Assembly (NCBI GenBank): GCA_001793155.1
Contig: MGHI01000040.1
Coordinates: forward strand, 3,209 to 67,208
DNA: 64,000 bases
Origin: Candidatus Woesebacteria bacterium RIFCSPLOWO2_01_FULL_39_61
GTDB lineage: Bacteria; Patescibacteriota; Microgenomatia; UBA8517
Reading direction: 5' to 3'
In this document: positions 1-7,846 of the stretch, one piece after another
How the letters are laid out: every line of letters begins with the position of its first letter
Position numbering within the stretch: the first letter of the stretch is position 1
Translations under genes and position numbers: made by a program
The notes under the pieces: model-generated
Databases searched by the model: none
The model's input: the letters and a program-made list of their open reading frames with translations, nothing else
What the model was told of the DNA's origin: nothing

Positions 1-146
1 GCCAAAATCCCTTGAGCGAAACGAACAACCGCACGATTGACACATATATGTAAATATCATATATTAGTTTCTAAAATATCGCAACTGAGTAAAAATAGAT
101 CATTTAGCCTACGTCGAAGCGGGGATTGCATCCAGTAGTCCACCTT

Positions 147-1922
147 TCAAGGCGAGGAGGATGTCATTAACTTCTGTCTTGTTATCTCTGTTGTATCAAC
201 TAGGGCGTCACCTTCAAGATCGAAAGAATAAATATTATCAAGCACAACCACTTCTACTTTACTTGTATAATTTTTTGTTGCCTCACCATCTGTATAGGCT
301 GAAACAACCTCTTGCCAATCCGGGGTATAAACAAGGCTCCATGGATAATCGATACCATACTGAAAATAAACTATAACCGGAAATCCAAACATCAAAGAGT
401 GGTGTAGTATCTCAGAATTTGAAGGTTGAAAGTAAAATAAAATTGGCGTGTTCCCGTGCTTGTCGAAAACATCAGGTATTGAGTTTCTAATATTCTCGGT
501 TAAGCGCACTCCCCTAACATCCGAAAGGTGGTTCAAGTATTTAAAGCTTCCCAGTGCATGAATTAATATTGCGAGAATAAAAAAAAGGTATAGGGGAAAT
601 TTGTTCTTAGCATTTGCCACAAAAGCGCTGAGAAGTAAAGTTATTCCAACGGAGGACACTATTAGATATCTTTCTTGTGTGGCCGTTATCACAGAGGGAT
701 TCCTCAGCCAGAAAATAAAGTACCCAAAACCTATAATCGAAAGTATAACTATTGATCTAAAAAAAGAGCTTTTGTTCTTTAAAGTACTTAATAGGACAAC
801 CATTATAAGAATCAGCAAATAACCGCCTGCAAAGAAAGATAATAATTCCGATGTTGTAATAGGGTTTATTTGAAAGTAGGTAAAATAAACACCAGTTGCC
901 AATGTCCAGGCAAAACCGATCCAATATGCCAGATTGAAATATTTTTGCTTTAAATTCGAATATCCGGCTTTAAATAACCGTAAGATGAATCCCAAAATAA
1001 AAATAGCGGGTGTGACTACAAATAATAATGTTTTAATAATGCTTAAAGACTCCCACGACCTTAATACTAATCTGTTAGGGAAAACCATTTGTCCCAGTTG
1101 AGCTATCGGAAACAAAAAGAATTTAAACTCGTATTTTCCGTTTTCGGGTTTGAAGTCCGAAAAATATTTAAAAATACTGTTTATAAAACCGCCGCTTAAT
1201 CTGTTTTCAGTACTGCCAATACCGATTGATCCGCCAATTTTCCCAAAAAGGAAAATCGACAGTACAATTAATATGTATATGGAAATCCGGATAAAAGAGT
1301 ATTTAGTTTCAACCTTCTTAAACCTAAAAAGAAGATAAAGTACTTCAATAAATATTCCTAAAAGAGGTAAAAATGCCATTCTGATAGGCTGAACCACTAT
1401 AGTCAGACCAAAAAGTATTACTGATATAAAAATTAGTTTTAAGGAATCCTTTTCTTTTGATTTAAAAACGCTCAACAGGTACAGGTTAAATAGCGTAATT
1501 GCTATATATGAAGGCATATTAAAAACCCAACCTGTGGTTTCCAAGCCGGTTGAAGTAACTAAAAAAAAGATTGATGCAAGATAAGCAAGTATCTTATCTT
1601 TGAATAAAAATAATACTAGGGGTAAAAAGGAAAAAGCAGCGATTATTCTCATTATAAAAGAGGCGACAAAATAAGGAGTTGGATTTAATCCGTAAAAGTG
1701 ATAAATAATCGCGAATACACTATCTTGCGGGCCGTAATCTGTGAAGAAATAGTTGAAGTAATTGAACTCCCTACCTTCTCCAACAATGTGTTGGAATCTG
1801 TAAAGTGTAAGCAGCGAATCCCCGTCAAAATGAATATTAAAGCTGGGATAAAAAATAATTAATCCAAAGAATATTATTAATAGAGTTACTATTAATTGTT
1901 TATTACTTCTAACAAGTTCCAT
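147..1922 (-). CDS. Polytopic membrane protein, GT-C fold glycosyltransferase-like (PMT/ArnT/GT39-like)
   Basis: 591-aa ORF with >10 predicted hydrophobic helices. Overall architecture resembles phospholipid-carrier-dependent glycosyltransferases. Family assignment is by resemblance only. Confidence 0.5.
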   Translation of the reverse strand: MELVRSNKQLIVTLLIIFFGLIIFYPSFNIHFDGDSLLTLYRFQHIVGEGREFNYFNYFFTDYGPQDSVFAIIYHFYGLNPTPYFVASFIMRIIAAFSFLPLVLFLFKDKILAYLASIFFLVTSTGLETTGWVFNMPSYIAITLFNLYLLSVFKSKEKDSLKLIFISVILFGLTIVVQPIRMAFLPLLGIFIEVLYLLFRFKKVETKYSFIRISIYILIVLSIFLFGKIGGSIGIGSTENRLSGGFINSIFKYFSDFKPENGKYEFKFFLFPIAQLGQMVFPNRLVLRSWESLSIIKTLLFVVTPAIFILGFILRLFKAGYSNLKQKYFNLAYWIGFAWTLATGVYFTYFQINPITTSELLSFFAGGYLLILIMVVLLSTLKNKSSFFRSIVILSIIGFGYFIFWLRNPSVITATQERYLIVSSVGITLLLSAFVANAKNKFPLYLFFILAILIHALGSFKYLNHLSDVRGVRLTENIRNSIPDVFDKHGNTPILFYFQPSNSEILHHSLMFGFPVIVYFQYGIDYPWSLVYTPDWQEVVSAYTDGEATKNYTSKVEVVVLDNIYSFDLEGDALVDTTEITRQKLMTSSSP

Positions 1923-2083
1923 TATGTGTTAACTTCGCAACTCTGAGACAGTTTAAGTGAAAAAGTCCATATATTCAATTCATTTTTCATATACACGAAA
2001 ATGGTAAAATGGTGAACGCCGTTGGTAAAAAAATATTATAGCGAATCGAAGATTCGATTTATAAATTTTGTTAAAAAATTGCT

Positions 2084-2653
2084 ATGAAAACAGTCAAGGA
2101 GCAAGGAAGTGTGCCGAAAATCCGTTTTGAAGCAAAACCATATAAAATAAGTTCTTGGACAGTTCTTAGATTACCCAAAGAAGAAAGCGCAAAGCTTCCG
2201 TCCCGTGCCCTGACAATGGTTAAGGGAACTATTAACGGCTTTCGTTTTCAAGCTCCCTTGGAACCGGACGGCACGGGAAGCCACTGGTTTAGAGTCGATG
2301 AAACACTGCAGAAGAAAGCTCATGTAAAGGCGGAAGACAATGTAAAACTTGAAATTGAACCTTCTCGCGAATGGATAGAGCCGGAAGTTCCCGAGGATTT
2401 GAAGAAGGCTCTTTCAACTTCCAAAAAAGCAGAAGGTCTATGGACGGATATTACGCCAAATGCGCGTTGGGATTGGATCCGCTGGATACGCGCTGTCAAA
2501 ACTCCGGAAACTCGCCACAAGCATATTGAAGTGGCTCTTGCAAAACTCAACAAAGGAACAAGAAGGCCGTGCTGTTTTAACCGTAATCTGTGCAGTGAGC
2601 CATATGTCTCACATAACTGGGCGCTCCTTGCGCCGATGCAGGCGATAAAATAA
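2084..2653 (+). CDS. DUF1905 / YdeI-OmpD-associated family protein
   Basis: 189-aa ORF. N-terminal DUF1905-like beta region (KPYKISSWTVLRLPKEES...GFRFQAPLEPDGTGSHWFRVDE) followed by YdeI-like C-terminal segment (WDWIRWIRAVKTPETRHKHIEVALAKL). Confidence 0.55.
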   Translation: MKTVKEQGSVPKIRFEAKPYKISSWTVLRLPKEESAKLPSRALTMVKGTINGFRFQAPLEPDGTGSHWFRVDETLQKKAHVKAEDNVKLEIEPSREWIEPEVPEDLKKALSTSKKAEGLWTDITPNARWDWIRWIRAVKTPETRHKHIEVALAKLNKGTRRPCCFNRNLCSEPYVSHNWALLAPMQAIK

Positions 2654-2802
2654 ATTACGGCTATCTTACTTTTTCCTGTTCCTGAACACGTCAGTCAGGG
2701 GATGCTTGAGGAGTTTTAATATAACCAATACCCCCCATGAGTTGAAAGTCGGGTAATTTTTTTGTAATAATTAACGTTCAAGCATAAAACTTATGGCAAA
2801 AT

Positions 2803-3277
2803 ATCTTATTGAGTCGCCCCATACCAATAAAGGTTGTTTAGAGGCACTGGATGATATGCTTGTGAATGATCCGAAACTCCTGATATTAAGGTTAAATGGG
2901 ATCCTAAAAAGTTTCCTAAAGATGAGCAGTCTACTATTGTAATTCATCTGGAAATACCAGAGGGAATTCATATTCAGGCGCACAAGCCGGGAGAAGATCT
3001 TATTATACCAACCAATGTTTCACTCAAAGAGACAGAAGATATATCTTTTGGGCAACCAGTTTACCCCGAGCCAAAAAGGCTGCCGGTTTTGTGGTCACGG
3101 GCGACTCTTCTGGTCTATGAAGGATCGGTTGACATCCATTATCCGACTCAGGTAGCAAAAGATGCTAAAGTCGGAAAGCATACAATAGAAGGAAATCTCT
3201 CGTTTCAGGGCTGCACTGATCAACTCTGCCTAACACCCAGAGAACAAAGCTTCGTCTTGATAATGGAGATAAAGTGA
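2803..3277 (+). pseudogene. DsbD N-terminal (DsbD-alpha)-like domain remnant, apparently frameshifted
   Basis: Frame 2 from 2870 to 3277 encodes ...IHIQAHKPGEDLIIPTNVSL...YPEPKRLPVLWSRATLLVYEGSVDIHYP...LSFQGCTDQLCLTPREQSF. This matches the DsbD-alpha periplasmic domain pattern (H..W; YP.P; YE..V; QGC.D..C.PP). The only ATG-initiated ORF upstream (2803, MAKYLIESPH...) is in a different frame, there is no signal peptide, and there is no in-frame canonical start. Confidence 0.35.
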
Positions 3278-3438
3278 GAAACATAATTAATTTTTCGGGT
3301 GAAAACTTAAAATCCAAAACAGAAGAATTGTTTGAGTTTTAAACCACCGATGCAATTCAGTATTAAGAGAAGAGAAAACAGGTTCCGGCTTTGTCCATTT
3401 CTTGTTGATTTTAATTAGGACTCGCTCCCAAATGATAC

Positions 3439-3467
3439 TTGACAACTATTACAACTAGTTGTAGTAT
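3439..3467 (+). promoter_or_regulatory. Sigma70-type promoter (TTGACA-N17-TAGTAT) with embedded 12-bp palindrome ACAACTAGTTGT
   Basis: TTGACA at 3439-3444, 17-nt spacer, TAGTAT at 3462-3467. A perfect palindrome at 3451-3462 overlaps the -10 element. The ATG of the RHH gene lies 8 nt downstream, so the transcript is leaderless or nearly so. Confidence 0.5.
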
Positions 3468-3474
3468 ATGAAGT

Positions 3475-3690
3475 ATGATAACTAATAACCATGACTTGAC
3501 TCTAGCTAACGCTAAAAACAAACAAAGAATAACGCTTTTCGTTAATCCTTCAATTTTGAAACAAGCTAGAGCCCAAGCGGTTGTTGAAGATTTAAGTTTA
3601 ACTTCCCTAGTAGAAAGAGCTTTAACTAAATACTTACCCAAAGAAACAATAATTAAGAAAGCTATAATTAGAGTGGCTCCTGATCCTTAA
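3475..3690 (+). CDS. Ribbon-helix-helix (CopG/Arc-like) DNA-binding protein, probably autoregulatory
   Basis: 71-aa ORF (RITLFVNPSILKQARAQAVVEDLSLTSLVERALTKYL) with a typical RHH beta-strand plus two helices. A palindromic operator sits in its own promoter. Confidence 0.5.
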   Translation: MITNNHDLTLANAKNKQRITLFVNPSILKQARAQAVVEDLSLTSLVERALTKYLPKETIIKKAIIRVAPDP

Positions 3691-3763
3691 ACTCAAATTA
3701 ACAAAGCCGGCGGATAAAGAAAAAATTTTAAGAATCGTAAAATACTAAAGGAGGTGATAAATT

Positions 3764-4162
3764 ATGGCAGAAATTGTAAAAGAAACCGTGACCACTCAAA
3801 ATGAAGGTCCAAAAGCAGCAGTAACTACTGAAGTCAAACGGGTAGCAACCGGTACACAACAAGTTGAATATATAATTTATTTCCTTTTTGGAGTACTGGA
3901 AATACTCCTTGTTTTCAGACTTATTCTCAAGTTGCTGGGGGCAAATGTCTCAAGCGCTTTTGTGCGTTTAATTTACAGCCTTACCGGAATTTTCATCTTA
4001 CCATTCGAAGGAATCTTTCGTAGAGGATTTACCCAAGGAATAGAAACAGCGTCAGTTTTTGAGCCGTCAACATTAGTCGCAATTATTGTTTACGCTGTTT
4101 TGGCTTGGGGAGTTGTAAAGTTGGTACGAGTACTTTCCGGCGAACGACAACAAACAGAATAG
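3764..4162 (+). CDS. YggT family membrane protein
   Basis: 132-aa ORF with two YGGT-like repeats (LLVFRLILKLL...; IFILPFEGIFRRGF). RBS AAGGAGGTG lies upstream. Confidence 0.65.
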   Translation: MAEIVKETVTTQNEGPKAAVTTEVKRVATGTQQVEYIIYFLFGVLEILLVFRLILKLLGANVSSAFVRLIYSLTGIFILPFEGIFRRGFTQGIETASVFEPSTLVAIIVYAVLAWGVVKLVRVLSGERQQTE

Positions 4163-4219
4163 TCTGTTTGACGTGTTTAGCCTGAGGATCTATAGAGAGA
4201 GGGTGAATAAAATACGGGT

Positions 4220-4462
4220 ATTATACTTTGGATTATTTTTGGAGCAATTGCGGGTTGGATCGCTTCTGTAGTTATGAAAACTGATTCCAGTCAAGGCACC
4301 ATGATGGATATCGTATTGGGCATAATCGGTGCGGTTGTTGGCGGTTTTCTTATGGGCTTAGTTGGTCAATCCGGCGTGAACGGATTTACACTCTACAGCT
4401 TGGGGGTAGCAGTCATTGGAGCAATCGTTGTGATTTATATCGGACGCATGCTAAAAAGGTAG
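4220..4462 (+). CDS. GlsB/YeaQ/YmgE family stress-response membrane protein (transglycosylase-associated)
   Basis: The ORF-track ATG is at 4274, but the conserved family N-terminus (LWIIFGAIAGWIASVVMK) is encoded in frame upstream back to a TAA at 4208-4210. No ATG/GTG/TTG start is present there (ATT at 4220 or ATA at 4223 are the options). The C-terminus (GIIGAVVGGF...GVAVIGAIVVIYIGRMLKR) is typical of the family. Confidence 0.55.
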   Translation: MILWIIFGAIAGWIASVVMKTDSSQGTMMDIVLGIIGAVVGGFLMGLVGQSGVNGFTLYSLGVAVIGAIVVIYIGRMLKR

Positions 4463-4518
4463 ATGAAACCTGCTAGTATAGAATTTTTTTGGTTCATTTT
4501 TAAGGGGGTGGTAACTGT

Positions 4519-4662
4519 ATGAATATATCTATGACAAATTTAGGTCCTTTGGCATCGCTTTTGTTCGGTATATTAATTCTTATATTTCCGAAGTTTCTTA
4601 ACTATCTGATAGCCGTTTACCTTATTGTTATTGGAATTATCGGGCTTGGTTTAATAAATTGA
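4519..4662 (+). CDS. DUF3096-like small membrane protein (47 aa; not in ORF track)
   Basis: ATG at 4519 preceded by RBS AAGGGGGTGG. Encodes MNISMTNLGPLASLLFGILILIFPKFLNYLIAVYLIVIGIIGLGLIN, matching the DUF3096 two-helix pattern. Confidence 0.5.
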   Translation: MNISMTNLGPLASLLFGILILIFPKFLNYLIAVYLIVIGIIGLGLIN

Positions 4663-4665
4663 TAG

Positions 4666-5265
4666 TTGGGAAAACTAAATATATATACAAAAATGAAAAA
4701 CCAAAGCGGAGGCGTTGATGTCGGGTCAGAAAAGCTTTATACACAGGACGAAGTTAATAATTTACGTAAGGATTGGAAAGAAAGTCATTCCTCTCAGGCA
4801 AGAGAAATAGAAAAAGAAACTCAAACCGCGGATAAACAAAAAAGACTGAATAACAGAAAGGTTGCAAAATTGGTTAAAAAATCAAATAGAATACTAGTAA
4901 GTATATCCTCACACAAACTTCCTTTTGATTTATTTCCGGACACCATTAACATCGAAGAGGGTAGGATTACGATAATAACCCGCCAATTACTTTCTTCCGA
5001 AGTGCACAGTGTTGATATAAAAGATATTTCCAATATATTTATTAATACATCCTTCTTCTTTTCACAGCTGATCATTATCTCTAAAACTTTTGAAGAAAAT
5101 GAAATAAGAATAAGAAATTTAAGAACCAAAGAAGCAATATTTGTTCGAAGAATCATCGAGGGGTTAAGGATATTCGAAAACAAACAGATAGATACTTCTG
5201 GCTACACAAAGGGAAAGCTTGTCGCTAAGCTCAAAGAATTAAGTACGACAGAAATAGTGACGTAA
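4666..5265 (+). CDS. Hypothetical protein
   Basis: 199-aa ORF. Charged N-terminal third, then a beta-rich segment reminiscent of bacterial PH-like folds. No confident family. Confidence 0.4.
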   Translation: MGKLNIYTKMKNQSGGVDVGSEKLYTQDEVNNLRKDWKESHSSQAREIEKETQTADKQKRLNNRKVAKLVKKSNRILVSISSHKLPFDLFPDTINIEEGRITIITRQLLSSEVHSVDIKDISNIFINTSFFFSQLIIISKTFEENEIRIRNLRTKEAIFVRRIIEGLRIFENKQIDTSGYTKGKLVAKLKELSTTEIVT

Positions 5266-5306
5266 AGAAACGAAAAGGTAGACAAGTAAAATTCAGAAAA
5301 TGGAGG

Positions 5307-5864
5307 TTAATGATGATGAGCCCTTTCCGATGCTTCCAAGTCTTTTATGGCCTTCTCAACTGTATGAATAAACCGAACATAAGCTTCGATATACTTACGA
5401 CCTGAAACCAGATCATTAACTTCATATTTTGCTCTTTCTTTTAGGTGGTGAAATAAATGTCTGCTGATTTCTTTTGATTTATCCGAAGAAATCTTGGCCA
5501 ACACTTTATCCAGTTTCCCTGATTCTATCGCTTTATCTGCTAGGGCAATTTCGGGTTCGATCGAGCCTGCCGGTTTTATTCCCTCATAGGCGACTCCTTC
5601 CCCTTCCCTGTGAATCCTCACCAAAAGTTCAAAAAATTCCATTTCGGCTTTTTCTTTTTCTTCCTTTGTCTTTGCCAGTCTTTTTTTACCTTTTACCCGT
5701 TTGAAGGCCTTTTTTAACTCGTCCTCATTTTCCGGCTTAACCCAAATAAGTACATAGCTGATATTATCCCTGTCCAAAGACTTACGCGCGGCACTAACAA
5801 CGGGACCATCCAGGGTATCGCAGTGAGCTGATGTGTGGGAAGGAAAGATTAAAAAAGCCAGCAC
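5307..5864 (-). CDS. DUF6448 family secreted protein
   Basis: 185-aa ORF. Signal peptide followed by the HCDTLDGPVV motif characteristic of DUF6448. Ends in HHH. Confidence 0.55.
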   Translation of the reverse strand: MLAFLIFPSHTSAHCDTLDGPVVSAARKSLDRDNISYVLIWVKPENEDELKKAFKRVKGKKRLAKTKEEKEKAEMEFFELLVRIHREGEGVAYEGIKPAGSIEPEIALADKAIESGKLDKVLAKISSDKSKEISRHLFHHLKERAKYEVNDLVSGRKYIEAYVRFIHTVEKAIKDLEASERAHHH

Positions 5865-5995
5865 TAAAGAAAAATTACACCAAGAAAAGTATAAATCGGT
5901 GTCTTCACTTTTTTAATTATACCGTGTTTGTTAAGTAGTAAGCTCTGACAAAAAACACAACCCCAAAACTTCTGATAAACTAAAGTAAGGAGGGG

Positions 5996-6181
5996 GTGAT
6001 AATAATGGCAGATATGAATGAAAAATTGAAAGAATGTTTTAAGCCGCACGTTATGATGCATAGCTTATTCGGTTTGGGTCTCGGATTTATACTGGTATCG
6101 CTTATCCCGGGACTTGGAAATTTTTGGCTGGGATTGGTTGTCGCAGGAGTGGCAGTTGCCCTCGATTACACTCGAAAATGA
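5996..6181 (+). CDS. Small two-helix membrane protein
   Basis: 61-aa ORF with strong RBS GGAGGGGGTGAT and two hydrophobic helices. Confidence 0.4.
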   Translation: MIIMADMNEKLKECFKPHVMMHSLFGLGLGFILVSLIPGLGNFWLGLVVAGVAVALDYTRK

Positions 6182-6394
6182 ATAGTACTGCAGTTGAGGT
6201 TTTAAACTAGGTCAATCCGATGGTTTATAGAAAATTTCAAGAAAACCCCGATCTAAACGGGCATGAATTGAACTTTTATATGTCATCCTCTTTTAAGGAA
6301 ATCTACTTTCCAATTCGGGAGGATATCATTGGCTTTTGGCTTCAAATTTGATATTATAGGTTACTATTAATACAGGCAGAGTGAAGCCTCCCCA

Positions 6395-6495
6395 AGCATC
6401 GAAGCTCGGGCTATCTTTTTAAGATACCGCCTTCGGCGGAAGGCGCCTAGCCTAGGTTCATTCATCCCCGAGTCTGGAGACTCGGGGAATTCTGA
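6395..6495. repeat. MITE-like palindromic repeat, copy C (variant with extra GCCTTCGGCGGAAGGC hairpin)
   Basis: Shares ...gttcWattcatcccc[stem-loop]ggggRWtTctgaa with the copies at 7705 and 27183. Contains hairpins CCCCGAGTCTGGAGACTCGGGG and CGCCTTCGGCGGAAGGCG. Confidence 0.5.
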
Positions 6496-6539
6496 ATTTA
6501 GTCTTAAACGCCTGTATTTTTTTAGGTTCAATTTTAAAT

Positions 6540-7706
6540 ATGGAGCCAAAACTATTACATCCAATCAGCTTTAATCCGCGAATCCCCTACCCGGTTACTA
6601 TTCTATTGGCAGGCTTTGCTACCTTCATAATTTCCTTTATCTATTTTTTAAATTTGGACAGCGACTTTGTCTATAAAATTCAAAGACAAGCGGTTGTTCA
6701 AAAAATTGAAAATTACGAATATTCACTTCGGGAAAAAGCCGCAACACAAGCTGTCCATACCGAAGCCGTATCTTACCAACTTCCGTCTGACTTTGCGGTT
6801 TTGCCCTCAGCAAAGTGGGTACCGCAGACGTTTAATAACTGCGGTCCCGCAACTACTTCCATGGTTTTACAGTATTTCGGATACAGCGTTAGCCAGGAAG
6901 ATACAAAATCTGCTTTGAGAACAAATCCTGACGACAAAAACGTTTTTACTTTCGAAATTTCAGATTACTTAAGAAAAAATTACAATATAGAATCCAAACT
7001 TTTATATAACGGAAGTGCTCAAACTCTAAAAACCTTAATCGCAAACGGAATCTATGTCATGGTTGAGGATTGGCTTCATCCGAATGAGGATATCGGACAC
7101 GTAACGATTCTCAGAGGGTTCGACGATAAAAGGGGGATGTTTATCGCAGACGACTCCTACCTGGGTACAAATATTAAATATCCTTATGAAGAATTCGATA
7201 AGACGCAGTGGAAACCTTTTAACCGGGAATATTTACCTGTCTATAAACCTGAACAAAAAGCTCTCGTTGAAACCATAGTCGGAAATGACTGGGATGAAAA
7301 AACTATGTTTGAGAATGCAGTTGAGAAGAATTTAGCGGACACAAAAAAAGATTCCGAGGACATGTATGCCTGGTTTAATGTAGGAACCAGTTATTTTGCA
7401 CTCGGAAAATTCCAGGAAGCAAAAAGTGCATTCGAAAAATCAAAAGAAATCGGCTGGCCGAAAAGAATGCTTTGGTATCAAATTCAACCTGTAGAAACTT
7501 ATATTGCTTTAAGCGAGTCTGATAAAGCCATTCAACTGGCCAATGTCGGGTTAATCGGTAACGATAGTTTCTCAGAACTACATCTTGAGAAGGCCAAAGC
7601 CTATAAAGGACTTGGAGACATGGGTAAAGCCCGTGAAGAGACTGAAAAAGCTCTTTATTACCATCCCAATTATCCGGATGCGAAAGAATTTCTAAACAGT
7701 CTTTGA
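6540..7706 (+). CDS. Membrane-anchored C39-like peptidase domain protein with C-terminal TPR repeats
   Basis: 388-aa ORF. N-terminal TM helix. NNCGPATTSMVLQYFGY matches the catalytic-Cys motif of the Peptidase_C39_2 family. C-terminus has TPR-like helices (AWFNVGTSYFALGKFQEA..., LEKAKAYKGLGDMGKA). Confidence 0.6.
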   Translation: MEPKLLHPISFNPRIPYPVTILLAGFATFIISFIYFLNLDSDFVYKIQRQAVVQKIENYEYSLREKAATQAVHTEAVSYQLPSDFAVLPSAKWVPQTFNNCGPATTSMVLQYFGYSVSQEDTKSALRTNPDDKNVFTFEISDYLRKNYNIESKLLYNGSAQTLKTLIANGIYVMVEDWLHPNEDIGHVTILRGFDDKRGMFIADDSYLGTNIKYPYEEFDKTQWKPFNREYLPVYKPEQKALVETIVGNDWDEKTMFENAVEKNLADTKKDSEDMYAWFNVGTSYFALGKFQEAKSAFEKSKEIGWPKRMLWYQIQPVETYIALSESDKAIQLANVGLIGNDSFSELHLEKAKAYKGLGDMGKAREETEKALYYHPNYPDAKEFLNSL

Positions 7707-7813
7707 TGACATCCTCCGCGGCTTTAAGCCCGCGGTTTCCTCTAAAGGAGGATGACATATGAGCGTTCTATTCATCCCCGACAAATGTCGGAGTTTTCTT
7801 GAATGCTCTTATA
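7705..7813. repeat. MITE-like palindromic repeat, copy A
   Basis: tgacatcctcc-[GCGGCTTTAAGCCCGCGG]-tttcctctaaaggaggatgacatatgagcgttctattcatcccc-[GACAAATGTCGG]-agttttcttgaatgctcttata. Aligns base-for-base with copy B, with compensatory changes in the stems. It supplies the TGA stop of the upstream gene. Confidence 0.6.
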
Positions 7814-7846
7814 ATTGCCACCGAAGTTGGTTAAAATGGTTCTTCA

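Noticed and set aside
4821-5183. 120-aa minus-strand ORF
   Set aside because: Antisense within the 199-aa plus-strand ORF. It is hydrophobic low-complexity from AT-rich sequence and has no RBS.
6367-6564. 65-aa minus-strand ORF
   Set aside because: Lies entirely within MITE-like repeat copy C and its hairpins.
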